Source of the DNA: Azolla caroliniana
Taxonomy: Eukaryota > Plantae > Polypodiophyta
NCBI GenBank assembly: GCA_043228905.1
Contig: JBHGNT010000004.1
Coordinates: forward strand, 14,198,001 to 14,262,000
Length of the DNA: 64,000 nucleotides
Direction: 5' to 3'
The translations under genes and the position numbers were made by a program. The notes under the pieces are model-generated. The model saw nothing but the letters and a program-made list of their open reading frames with translations. It searched no databases and was not told the DNA's origin. Shown here one piece after another: positions 49,319 through 60,600 of the stretch (position 1 is the stretch's first letter; each line of letters starts with the position of its first letter).

Positions 49319-52300
49319 TGTCGTGAAGATCCATCACTACATGTGGATCGTGAGGTGGAACCGCCGGGGTTCTGGACCGGAAGGACTCGAAGTTTGCACT
49401 AGCTTTCGCGAGAAAGGATTTAAGATAGATTGAAAGAGAGAGAGATTGAGATTGAACCCTTTACACATGTAGTAAAATACATTCAGAAGCTCTTGAAGAC
49501 ATCCATCTTTTCGTACATTATTACTATTTCATATTGTGTGTGAAGAACCACACTCGATTTTGTACATTCCATGCAATTTTCATTATTACTATTTCATATT
49601 GTGTGTGAAGAACCACACTCGATTTTGTACATTCCATGCAATTTTCACACCGTTGCCAAAAATCTTCACAACATCCACCCCCACCAAACTGCACGTCCTC
49701 TGGTACGTGCCAAGAAAAGAGAGTGCGAGATTTCAGCTACGGTGGTCAAGCAGACTCCTCCATGTCCTCATTCACATAACTCAAGTCAGTTGGTTCAGTC
49801 CTACTATCTTCATCGTCGAGGTGATCGAGGTCAGGATCCTCGTCTTGCCTTTTCTTGAAAATATTTACTCTTTTTCCTGCAATGGGATGGCCAACCTTCA
49901 TCCGTCTAGCTCCGCAAGGTGGTATGTGGCATTGTCGTTGGCACTTATCACTACATACGATCTGAACCATCTTCTTGTGAACTTTCTTGTTGTACTGTGT
50001 TGATTGTCAAGGCTGTTGTCGTAGACCAATACCCAATCTCCTTCTTCAATCTTCTTGGGACGCAGTTGATGCGTCTTGTCGAACCGAATTTTGTTCTTCA
50101 CTCGGGCTGCCTCCATGATCTTTTGCGCCTTTTCTAGATCTTCAGGTTTCCTTTTAAGTTGCCTTATCCGCGCCACTAATAATTCTTCTCGGCTCATCTC
50201 GTTCTCCCATGGTATCGCTACCCATGAGCCGATCATCCATACATAAGATCCGTTGGCATATACCCGTCACTGAACTATCTATAGTTTTGTTGGCCCACAA
50301 GGCATAGGGAAATAGTTGTGGCCAATTCCCAACTCAACCGTTGCATGATCATACGATGGCTTTGACGATTGGTCCATGCCCTTGCTCGATCTTCCCATTC
50401 GCTTCTGGATTGTAGACAGTCGTGAGGGAGAGCTTCACGTCTAGTCGTTCGAAGACCTCCGTTGCTTCGTGTGCATCCAACTCCCCTCGGTCGGCCACTA
50501 TCTTTCCCACACATCCATATCGGCAAACAACCTCTTAGAGTAGAAATTTTCAAACTACTGACATCGTCTTATTTGTCAAGGCCTGTCCTTCTACTTGATT
50601 TGTCAAGTCTTCTCTTGCTAGAGCTAACTACTTCATTTGTCCCACTCCCATTGGCATTGAGACTAGATCCACCATCCATTTGAAGTGTATGGTGAGTGGG
50701 TATGTCGGTCGTAGCTCATCACGATGACGTATATTCGAATGTAGTTGGCAAGTTTCGCATGTGCGCACGAAATGGAGTACATCTTTGTACATGCTTGGCC
50801 ACCAGTACTTCTCCTTCAACTTTTCAAATGTCGCTCATGTTCCTCTATGACCTGCCCAAGGACTCTCGTGGAATTCAGTCATTACCGTCACTTGCTCTTC
50901 TTTCTTTTCCACCACTCGACGTGGCATTCCTGTCCTTCTTTTTGGGTGTCGCCAAAGGAATTCCCCCCTCAAGAAGTATCGGTAAGCTTTCTTCTGGATT
51001 CGTAGAGCCTCTTCCTTTGTCAATGAAGCATCCGTCCTCATTGTTCTTAGGAATCTACCGATTAGTAACCACTCTCCTTTGTACTCGTCCTCGTTGAAGG
51101 CGTGCAAGGTTAGCGTGCCCTTGTCTTCCGCCGATAGTCCAGCCATCTTAAAGAAGTCGAGGGTGACGTCTTCATCTTCCAAAACCATGTCACCTTCATT
51201 CTCAAATCTTGCCCTCGACAGCGTGTTAGCCATGGTGTTCTTCTTCCCTGCAATGTGGCGGATCGCTGGGCTTAAAGACTTGATATAGGCGATCCACCTT
51301 AGCATAGCTAGATCTGGGGTCGCACATCCTAAGATCATCCCGAGGATTGGGAGACAATCTGTCTCAATTATCACTTCCGACCCAATCAGGTAGTCTTTGT
51401 CCGTCTTCACTACCGACACAATACCCCAAAGTTCTCGCTTGACTTGGGTGTATCCTCATTGTCGTTCGCTGAGAGCCTTTGCCCCGAACCGGATGGCATA
51501 CCGCGCATTATCTTCTCCTTCTTGGTTGATGACCCACCCGATTCCGGTTGGGCTTGTATCTATAGTCACATAAATTGGCTTCCCTTCGGTATAGTTGGCC
51601 TTTCTTAGTGTTGGAGCTTCAAGAAGTAGTTTCTTCTTCAATCTTCGCATCGTGTTTGTGTGCTTGTCTCACCATTCAAACTTCATTCTTTTCTTTAGCA
51701 ATCCATATAAAGGCTCGGCGACATGAACATAGTGCGGAATCCAGATATGATAAAACGCGCATGCTCCAAGGAACCTTTGAACCTCCGTTTGGTTTACGCA
51801 TTCAGCTTTCCTATCTTGCATCGCGTTCACCTTGGATGGCGAAGGCTTCCGGTCGTATGCTCCGCACAAGTGACCTACCACCAAGATCTCTGGTTGCCCG
51901 AATGCGGATTTTTCTCCCGAAAATGTCAAATTCGCATCTTCGAGCCTTTGGAGCACCTTTTTGCAATCTTTCATATGATCGGCGATGAACTTTCTACACC
52001 CTTCCTTATCTTTCGATTCATCTTTCTCCTCATCCGAACATCCTTTTATCGGAATATCATCCAAGAATGGCATCGTGATGTCCAGAATGCAATCCTTCAA
52101 GACCTTGTTCAAGGCATTCACCATATGAGCCACCGAGTTTGTTGCACCTTGAGGTAAGGCACACATCCATACGAGCCCGATCGGAGTCCTCATGGTTGTA
52201 ATGTCATGACTATCGATCGCCAACTGGAATTCGTCATATCCGGAGTAGAGATCACCAATGGAGTAGATGGACCAACCTGCAAACGATTCGGCAAATTCAT

Positions 52301-52374
52301 CCACACTCAGACCAATTCTAGCATTCCGAATTGTCACCTTGCTAACGGGTTGATAATCTTGGATTAATCATAAT
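49319..52374 (-). mobile_element. Trp-gypsy clade element G, 3' half (RT, RNase H, integrase, 3' LTR 49319-~49673)
   Basis: DLYSGYDEFQL..LPQGATNS..MPFLDDIPIKG, TIDTSPTGIGW, KYWWP..CETC. The PPT region matches 6717-6760. Left flank is ACGG. Confidence 0.88.
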
Positions 52375-52798
52375 TGTTGAGCGGCAAGCTCAACCGGAGC
52401 CGGATCGGCTGAATAAGCCTGTGCCCATGAGCGAGAGGAATCGGTATGCCGGTGGGCAACCGAGCCGGTAAGCAAGAGGAGCCGGTATGCCAGATCCAAT
52501 CCGTAACCGGAAGCCTAGTATAGGTTAGACTACTAGGCAATTATAGTTTCGTAGTTAGTGTCTGATGCTTGTGTGAGCATTGAAGTACATTGTACTTCTA
52601 ACAGTCCCGTGTGGACTTGTATAAATAGCGTTGATGAGCGCGTTGTAGATATAGAGCACAGAGTATTCATATAATTTTGAAAATTAGTGTGTCTTGCTCT
52701 CTCTCTCTGTCTGTCTCTCTTGCGTACTCTCTCTCTCTCTCCTTGTGTATTGTTCTTTCTAACGCTTCCGCAAGCAATCTTTCACATGGTATCAGAGC
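52375..52798 (+). mobile_element. 5' LTR and iMet PBS of a copia family-E element
   Basis: TGTTG...TCACA (52375-52786), homologous to 20995-21423 and followed by TGGTATCAGAGC. Confidence 0.9.
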
Positions 52799-52802
52799 GC
52801 GT

Positions 52803-55800
52803 AGTCATGGAGAAAACCGTCCCCAGGCGCAAACCGTGTATAGTGTGTGTGAACCGGCCCTTACACGTGGGCACGTCCCTTGTTGTATAGTAGATAGGTA
52901 GGCACAAAGGTCAAATCCTAGGTAGCAATATTCTATAGGGGAAAATCGAGGGGTATCTCTGTCTGAAAGGACAGAGAATTAATGTGATGTAAACGGGTGA
53001 AGCGGCCTCCCTCCTTGAGCTATAAAAGAGAGGGAGACGGGGGAGAGAGGGGATCGCGCGCTAGAGGGGACGAAGTGATGTCGGACTGGGACCGAGCTCT
53101 TCTTCTCTGTCATTCTCCATAGCTTTCTTTTGCGCAGGTTCTCAAGAGGCTGATCCTGCTCCGTGGAACGCCCGTGTGCTTCTGGCAGAATCTCCATCTT
53201 GCTCTCCTGTGTGCGTGGGTGATCAGGCGCCGGCATCCATCTCGCCGACCTGGTCGGCTGTAACCATTCGAGTCGTCTGCATACATTTATATACATACGC
53301 TAGTGTACTCAACTCGTGTCTCCTGTGTTGTTGGGCCGCGTCCTCGTGCACTTCTTTGTCTATACGTGTGTGGATGTCTCTCTCTCTCTCTCTCTCTCTC
53401 CCTCTCTCTCTCTCTCTCTTATTCCTCGGTCCAAGACCCTAGTGGTCCCGCCTTGTTCTCCACGCACGCGCATAACAACGCGACATATTTGGTGAACCCG
53501 ACGTGAACAGGCAATAGAGGAGTAGAAGATGAGGGGGTCGAACCTTGCAGAAGCCATGGCTTTGGCTGTAGACCGTATAGTGAGTGCGTGCGAAGGCACC
53601 GGCGCCCTTGATAGGGCTATCGAGGCGGTTGTCGGTACGATCGGCCGATTTAGTGGGAAGGATGCCACGAGCTACTTGGCGTCCTACCGGGCTGAGATGG
53701 TAATGAGGGACATTTTGGAAGAGAGGCCTCTAGCCGGATTCCCTCGAGTGGCAATGCCGGGCATCCATACGGAGGTACTCGAGGTACGGGCCGAGAGCCG
53801 GACCTGGGAGGAGTTCAAAGGTCGGCTCCTCGAAAAATACGGGCTTGAAGATGTGCTTCGACTTTCGAAGCGGGACTTGATGGAGTGGGTGGAGACCCCC
53901 GACAAAGGAAGGAACGCGTCAGTGCTCCTCCGGGAGTTTCAGGAACGCTTCGTGCGCCTCTCGGTGCTTGACCGAACCGTTCTGGACACAAGCCGTGTCC
54001 TATTGTTTGTTAAGTCAGTTGACGAGTAGGATGGGGAGCAAGTAGGCCTCCTATTGGAGACTGATGACGGGCTGACGGCCGACTGGGCCGTGGTAAAGAG
54101 GGTCTATGGCCGTTTCGACAAACGGCGGGAATGGGTTGACAAAGGATCGACAGGGGCGGGCTTTGTCGCAGCAAGGAAGCTCGAGCCAATACCACCAGCG
54201 CGAAGGGAAGAGACCCGAGATTGGCTCGAGACCAGATCGGCTTCGACCGGCATGGTCAAGGGCTCGCCCGGGGGAGCAACTGACGCGGATGGTAAAGGAT
54301 CTCCAGATCGCCCAAGCACGGAGGGACGGTGGCGAACAGGCCCATGACCGATGACCTCTGGCTCGAAACAGGTGCATGTGGTGTGACGCGGTTGGCCACA
54401 TCCGGAAGGATTGCGGGGACTTCACCGAGGCGAAGAGAAGCAACGTGGTGTACCTGTGGAACGGTCAGGTGCACGCCAGCGAAACCCGAAGGCCCCTGGA
54501 CCTGAATGTCGGGTGAGGGGGTATGAAAAGGCTGATGGAGGAAGCGGCGGCTCGTCACGCGGAGACTGTCCGCTACTCGGCGTCAGCTGGTATTCAGGTC
54601 GGAGGTGGCGAGGCCCCGAAGACGAACAAAGCCGGGTTCTGGCCGACAATGCTAGAAGGCCTTGCCGGCGCACGACTAAGGAAAGAAGTGGCGGACCGCG
54701 CGGAAAAACGCGGAAAAACTTGGTGGAAGAAAAGACGGGCTTCGTCGAAGCCGCTTGTCAAAACTACGAGGCTCTGGTGGAGGACAAGCGGGTAGGGAAA
54801 ACCGGAGGGGCCGGGCCCTCGCAACGATATGAAACTCGGTTCGGGCAAAGGCGGAATGAGGCCAGTGTACTCGGCGCCCAGGATAATCCCAAGAAGGGCG
54901 GGTACCGGTTGGGCACAGAAATCGAAAGATCCACGGACCTACGAAAGGTCCTGGAAGAACGAATCCTCGACAGCAAGGTGGAACTGTGGCTGAGGGAAGT
55001 GCTTGGGATCGCCAAGAAGGAGTTCCACGACTCCATCGTAGACTTGGTGAAGAGGAAGAGGCTGTCGATGGAGACAGAACCGGAGAAGCCCGTGGAGATG
55101 CGGACGACGCACATAGAGGACATGGCGCTGGAAGACGAGTTGGCGGAGAGCCACTATTGGAGGCCGCACTGGGCCAGAGCGACCACGGAGACCCCCGTGA
55201 AAATCGGAGATGTTCATGAACCGATGGTGGCGTTGGTGGACAACGGTTCAGAAATCAACTTGATGTCCATGGACTTCTATAAGAAGGGGAAATGGCCGAT
55301 CCACACTAGGCACGGGTGGAAAATACAGGCAACGACACGTGCCACCAAAGAACTGCATGGAGCCTGCCCGAATGTACGAGTAAAGATCGGCGATGTCGAG
55401 ATTGACCAGCAGTTCTTCGTGCAGGAGACGTCCTCACATCCGGTTATACTAGGAGAACCGTACATCACGGTAGCACGGATGGAGACCAAGGTGTTGGACA
55501 ATGGCTCGGCCTATGCAAGGGTCAAGAGCCAGGATGGGCGTCACTCGGTCTAGTTCCTGACGGTGAGACCGAACCATGAGCGGAACCGCGAGACCCTCGG
55601 GGGCGAAAGTCGAGAGGATTTTTAGAGAGGGCTATCAAGGCATGGGGCCGCGATAGTCCGGACACTCCGGGAAAACCCCACAAGTGTACGATAGCGAAGA
55701 AGACCTGTACTATAACTAGGAAATTTTGGTTCTCCGACAACGGAGGGTGTACGATAGTCGACATTGTTGGACGGAAGAAGAAATGGGCGGAGGAGCGACT

Positions 55801-57307
55801 TCGAGCATGTGGTATCCTCGGCTTCGGAGAGGAAATCAACGGAGCCGTGGAGGCGGTCTCTTTCGACGATACCTTGGGGGAGCTGCGAGAGGTAGTTGGA
55901 GGAGTCCTTAAAGAGGACCAGACGATTCTGATATGTTCGGAAAGGATGTACGAAGTCATCGCCGACTTCAGTAGAGGGCTCAAGTCGGATCGGATAGCCC
56001 GGGTGGACACGAGGTACAAGACTGTGGACCGGAAGGTGAGGCCAGTCGCGGCTCCGTTGCCGGAGGGCAGCGAGTTGCGAATAAAGGGGGTTGCGTCGGA
56101 CCCGAGTTTACGAAATCCGGCCCGCATAGGACACACGTTCACCGACATAACGTTGCGCGAGCTCAAAATCGGTGGGGGCGGCTTCCTACTGCTGGCGGAA
56201 GAGGATCGTTTTCGGGGAATGCTCGGAAGGCATGGGAAGGCTTTCGCATTCTCACCGGAGGAGATCGGGTGCGTAGACCCGACAGTCGTGGAACCAATGG
56301 TAATATTCACGGTACCGCATGTGCCGTGGAGTCTCAAACCGATTCCAGTACCCAGAGCTCACATCCCGAAGCTGATGGAGATGTTAAAGCAGAAGGTCGA
56401 GATGGGAATCCTCGAACTGTCAAGTGCCCCATACTCGAATCGGTGGTTTATCGTGCCGAAGAAGGACGGCACGCTGCGCTTTATTCAAGACCTGCAGCCG
56501 GTCAACAAGGTGACCATTTGAAACGCAGGAATCGGACCGACAATAGACGAGTTCACGGAGGCCTTCGCCGGATGGTCGATTTACTCGGTCGGTGATCTCT
56601 ACTCGGGGTACGATCAGTTCCAGCTAGCCATAGAGAGCAGAGACATCACGACAATGCAAACTCCTCTCGGCCTAGTACGGATGTGTACCCTACCGCAAGG
56701 AGGGACAAACCCGGTGGCTCACATGGTGAATGCAATGAACAAAGTGCTGAGGGATTGTATCCCGGACATCACCATGCCGTTTTTGGACGACGTCCCGATC
56801 AAGGGATGCCCAGTGGAGGAAAGGGACGAGACGATCCGACCGGACGGGTGCCGGAAATTCGTGGCGACGCACATTGATGACTGCGAGAAGGTGCTGCAGA
56901 GGTTGAAGGGCGCGGGGCTCACCTTCTCCGGGGGAAAATCGGCCTTCGGGCAATCAGAGATCATGGTCGTCAGACACCTATGCGGGTCGTACGGCCGGAA
57001 ACCGTCTCCGGCTAAGGTAGAAGCCATCTCCACGATGAAGCACGACTGTAGGTCGGTCACGGAGGTTCGGAGGTTCTTGGGAGCATGCGCGTTCTACCAC
57101 ATATGGATCCCGCATTACGCCCACGTCGCAGAGCCGTTATACGGGTTGTTGAAAAAAGGGCGAAAATTCGAGTGGAAAGATGAGCATACGGAGTCTGTCT
57201 GAAAGATGAAGGAAGCACTTGCCGCAGCTCCAGCTCTCCGAAAGGCTGTCTACAGAAAGGACACTCCCATTTATGTAACGATAGACACGAGTCCGACCGG
57301 GATCGGA
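52803..57307 (+). mobile_element. Trp-gypsy clade element H, 5' part (LTR, PBS, gag, PR, RT, start of RNase H), degraded
   Basis: LTR about 52803-53485; gag from 53529; CMWCDAVGH knuckle; ALVDNGSEIN protease; RT MPFLDDVPIKG; stops and frameshifts. Confidence 0.88.
53490..53507 (+). promoter_or_regulatory. Primer binding site, tRNA-Trp
   Basis: TGGTGAACCCGACGTGAA, 18/18 complementary to the plant tRNA-Trp 3' end as recalled. Confidence 0.85.
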
Positions 57308-57648
57308 TGTGTTGACCGGTCAGAGAAGGCAAATGGGAAAGCAAGGTCGGATCGGATAAATATAGAAATAGGAATAGAATTATTAGGAGGGACGGATCCG
57401 GTAGTTGTAACCGATCCGGATCCGAACCGATTCGGTTTCGGTTAACGGTTGCCTACCGAGCACCGATTGTAATCTGGCCGGATGCCTATAAAAGGATCCG
57501 ATGTTTTGTAATGAAGGGGCGAAGAATTAATATAGTTTTGCTTATGCTGATTAATCTTGTCTTCGTCTGTGCTTAAGTGTAATTATCATACGCGTGTATT
57601 AACATCCTATCCCTACCACCCCTTTGGAGAAGTGTCGGATAGACACCT

Positions 57649-60600
57649 GTGTTGCGGCTAGTCCAGCCATACATACAACACTATTTTGGCGACCACGATT
57701 CCTGCAAAGTGCAGAGGACAACCGGGGGATGGATGTCTAGACAAAATAACGACCACATCACCGAAAGAGGGAGACGCCACGCCGAACGGCAGCGACGACG
57801 GGAAGCCCTGCAACAAGCCGTCGACGAGATCCGGCGCGATCGGTCATTCTCAAAAACGCTTCGGCAAATCGCAGAAGACGCACTGCAGTTCCAGGTTCTA
57901 CAAGCTTCCGACGAAGGCAGTAGCATAACCAGCCTCCAAGAAGCGGAGACACTACTACAGACTCTCGCTGGCGGCGACGGGGACGCAGCGGCATTTGCAA
58001 CATTAGAGGCGGATTCGGATAGCGGGGAAAGCATGAGATCCCGCTATAAAAGCAGCCACGAGAACAACCCCTTTGAGTCGGATCACTCAGCAACATCGGA
58101 GCCAGAGGAGGAAATAACTCTGGAGTTCGGTGACCGGCAATCGCTGAGGAGGGAGGAGCGGTTATCAACACCACCCGCGGAGGAACCGCAGGAGCGGTTA
58201 TCAACACCACCCGCGGAGGAACCGCAGGAGCGGATACCAACACCACTTGCGGAGGAACCGCAGGAGCGGAGACCGACATCGGAGGAACCAGCGCAGGAGA
58301 ATCAGTGGGACGACACGATGCCGTATCCGTACCCAAAGTATCGGGATGAGCCCGACGGAGAGGCACATGTGTATGCATTCCTGCGAACATGGGAAGCCAA
58401 CCACGTGTCCCAGAGACTGACGGAGCCCGAGGCCGACCGATCCAAAGTCGCCGAATTCGGCATGACATTAGAAGGACCGGCGGCCCGGTGGCACGACAAG
58501 CACTTACCAGGCAGCTTCGCCACGTTCGAGGCATTGAAAACCCAGTTTTTACGCTTGTTTCATAGACGAGTGGAACAAAGGGAATTGGTCGGACAATTCT
58601 ACACCACTCGGCAGGGAGAAAACGAGACGGTCCCACAATTTATCATTCGTTTCCAGACCTTGCACAGTCAATTAGCAAGAGCACCACCCGAAGAGGAGGC
58701 CAAGGTAGTCTTTTTGGCTGCGTTAAAAGACCCACTTCGAGCGATGTGTGGAATCCTCGATTTCAGCACCAGCACAATGGACCAAGTCATTGATCGGGTC
58801 CTGGAAATGGACAACACGAGCTCCTTCTTGCCGATGGGGGCGTTACACCAGGCGCTTCCGAAGGAGGAGGACCTCCGGTTCCGACAAGCCCTACAATGCA
58901 CAACATGCCTAAATTCGGGGCACTCGACCGTTGACTGCACCCTGCGCGCACAGTGCATGATATGCAATTCTCGCGCCCACACAACGAACCAATGCGAGTA
59001 TAACCTGTTAACTCGACAAGCGGCACCGGTCCGACACATAGAACCGCGCAATCGGGACCCGGAAGAGGATCGATTCCGGAGGGACGACCGCTACCGACGA
59101 GAACGCGGCGACAGATACCCCGATAGAAGACGCGACAGCTATGACCGAGAGGAGAACCGAAGGGATAGCTACCCCCGGGACCGGTACGACCGAGAGGAGA
59201 ACCGAAGGGATAGCTACCCCCGTGACCGGTACGACCGAGACGAATCCCCGGAATACGAGCGACGCAGAGAAGAAAGGCGGCCAAGGAACCGGAACTTCCG
59301 ACGGAACCAAAGGCGTGGATTCTTCCGTAGAGAGGAGCGTCGGGAGGCAACAAGGAATGACAAACCAGTAGCGGCACCGGAGAACCGAAAAACCGAGGAC
59401 AACCGCCGGGGAATGCCCCTTCCCCAAACATGGGAAAAAGGAGAATCCAGCAACACGCACAGGGTGTACTGTTATTACTGCCGAAAAGAAGGGCATTACA
59501 GTAATCAATGCCCAAGCAAAACAGCCGACAAGCAGCCAGCAGTCAACATGGTGACAGCCGAAGTACAGCAGGTTACCACGCGGTCGAAGGGGAAGGCCGC
59601 CGAATGGGAAGCCCAGGAAGCAATCAGAAAACAAGCGGCACAATGGATCAAAGAAGCCAACGAACAAGGTGCGGCGGAAGTAAGAAACCAAAATATGCCA
59701 AGGGAGGAGGAAATCGTACAGCCAGGAGAAAACCCGACATGGCAAGCACTACAAGATTGTCAGATCGTGCTGCCGTTGGCACGGTTACTGCAGTTGGTGC
59801 CGCGGTTCACAGCAGACTTACAAGCCGCCGTGAGCAAACCGACGCCGACGCCAGCACCGGCATTTTTCTCCAACCCGGAGGAAGGCCCAGCGGTGGTTGA
59901 TACCAGTAGCCCAGCAATCACGACAATCGTCAAAGGAAAGGAGATTCCAGGAACAATTATTGACGGAGGCTCCGGGGTGAACGTCATTAGTCGACAGACA
60001 TGCGACGACCTAGGCATCCAGGAGTGGGAACCATGCCCCTTCTGGTTACGCATGGCGGATACAAGCTCAGTCCGACCAACTGGTCTTATCCGGGACTTGG
60101 AAGTAACAATAGGAGGCCACGTATTCCGAATATCGGCCGTGGTACTAGAGCTGAATGTACAAGGCGCATATCCCCTACTGTTAGGACGACCATGGCTGCG
60201 AACGGCGCATATCAAGCAAAACTGGCAAAAGAATATGATCACGTTCCGACGAGGGAAAACAAAGGTACGGGTAGCCACGCAACCACGGGTGCTCACTAGC
60301 AAGGAGGCAACCCCTTTATATGCCGAAAGCATCAACATGTTGGAGGGCTTACCGGATGAGGAAGTTGATCGGTACCTCGAGGAACACCCACAGATCGTCC
60401 CACTTTTTGAGGTGGATATCACGGCAGCAGTAGAGCCGTACATCACAATGCCGGACGAGCCGGACAAAGTGGCGATCCGGGAACTACGCCAAGCACAGGA
60501 AGCCCTAGAAAGAGAAATGACGATATCCCAAAGGGTGAAAGCATCCCAGCTAGAAGAGGTGGATCTCGGCACAACAGAACAACCCCGACCGGTAAAAGTC

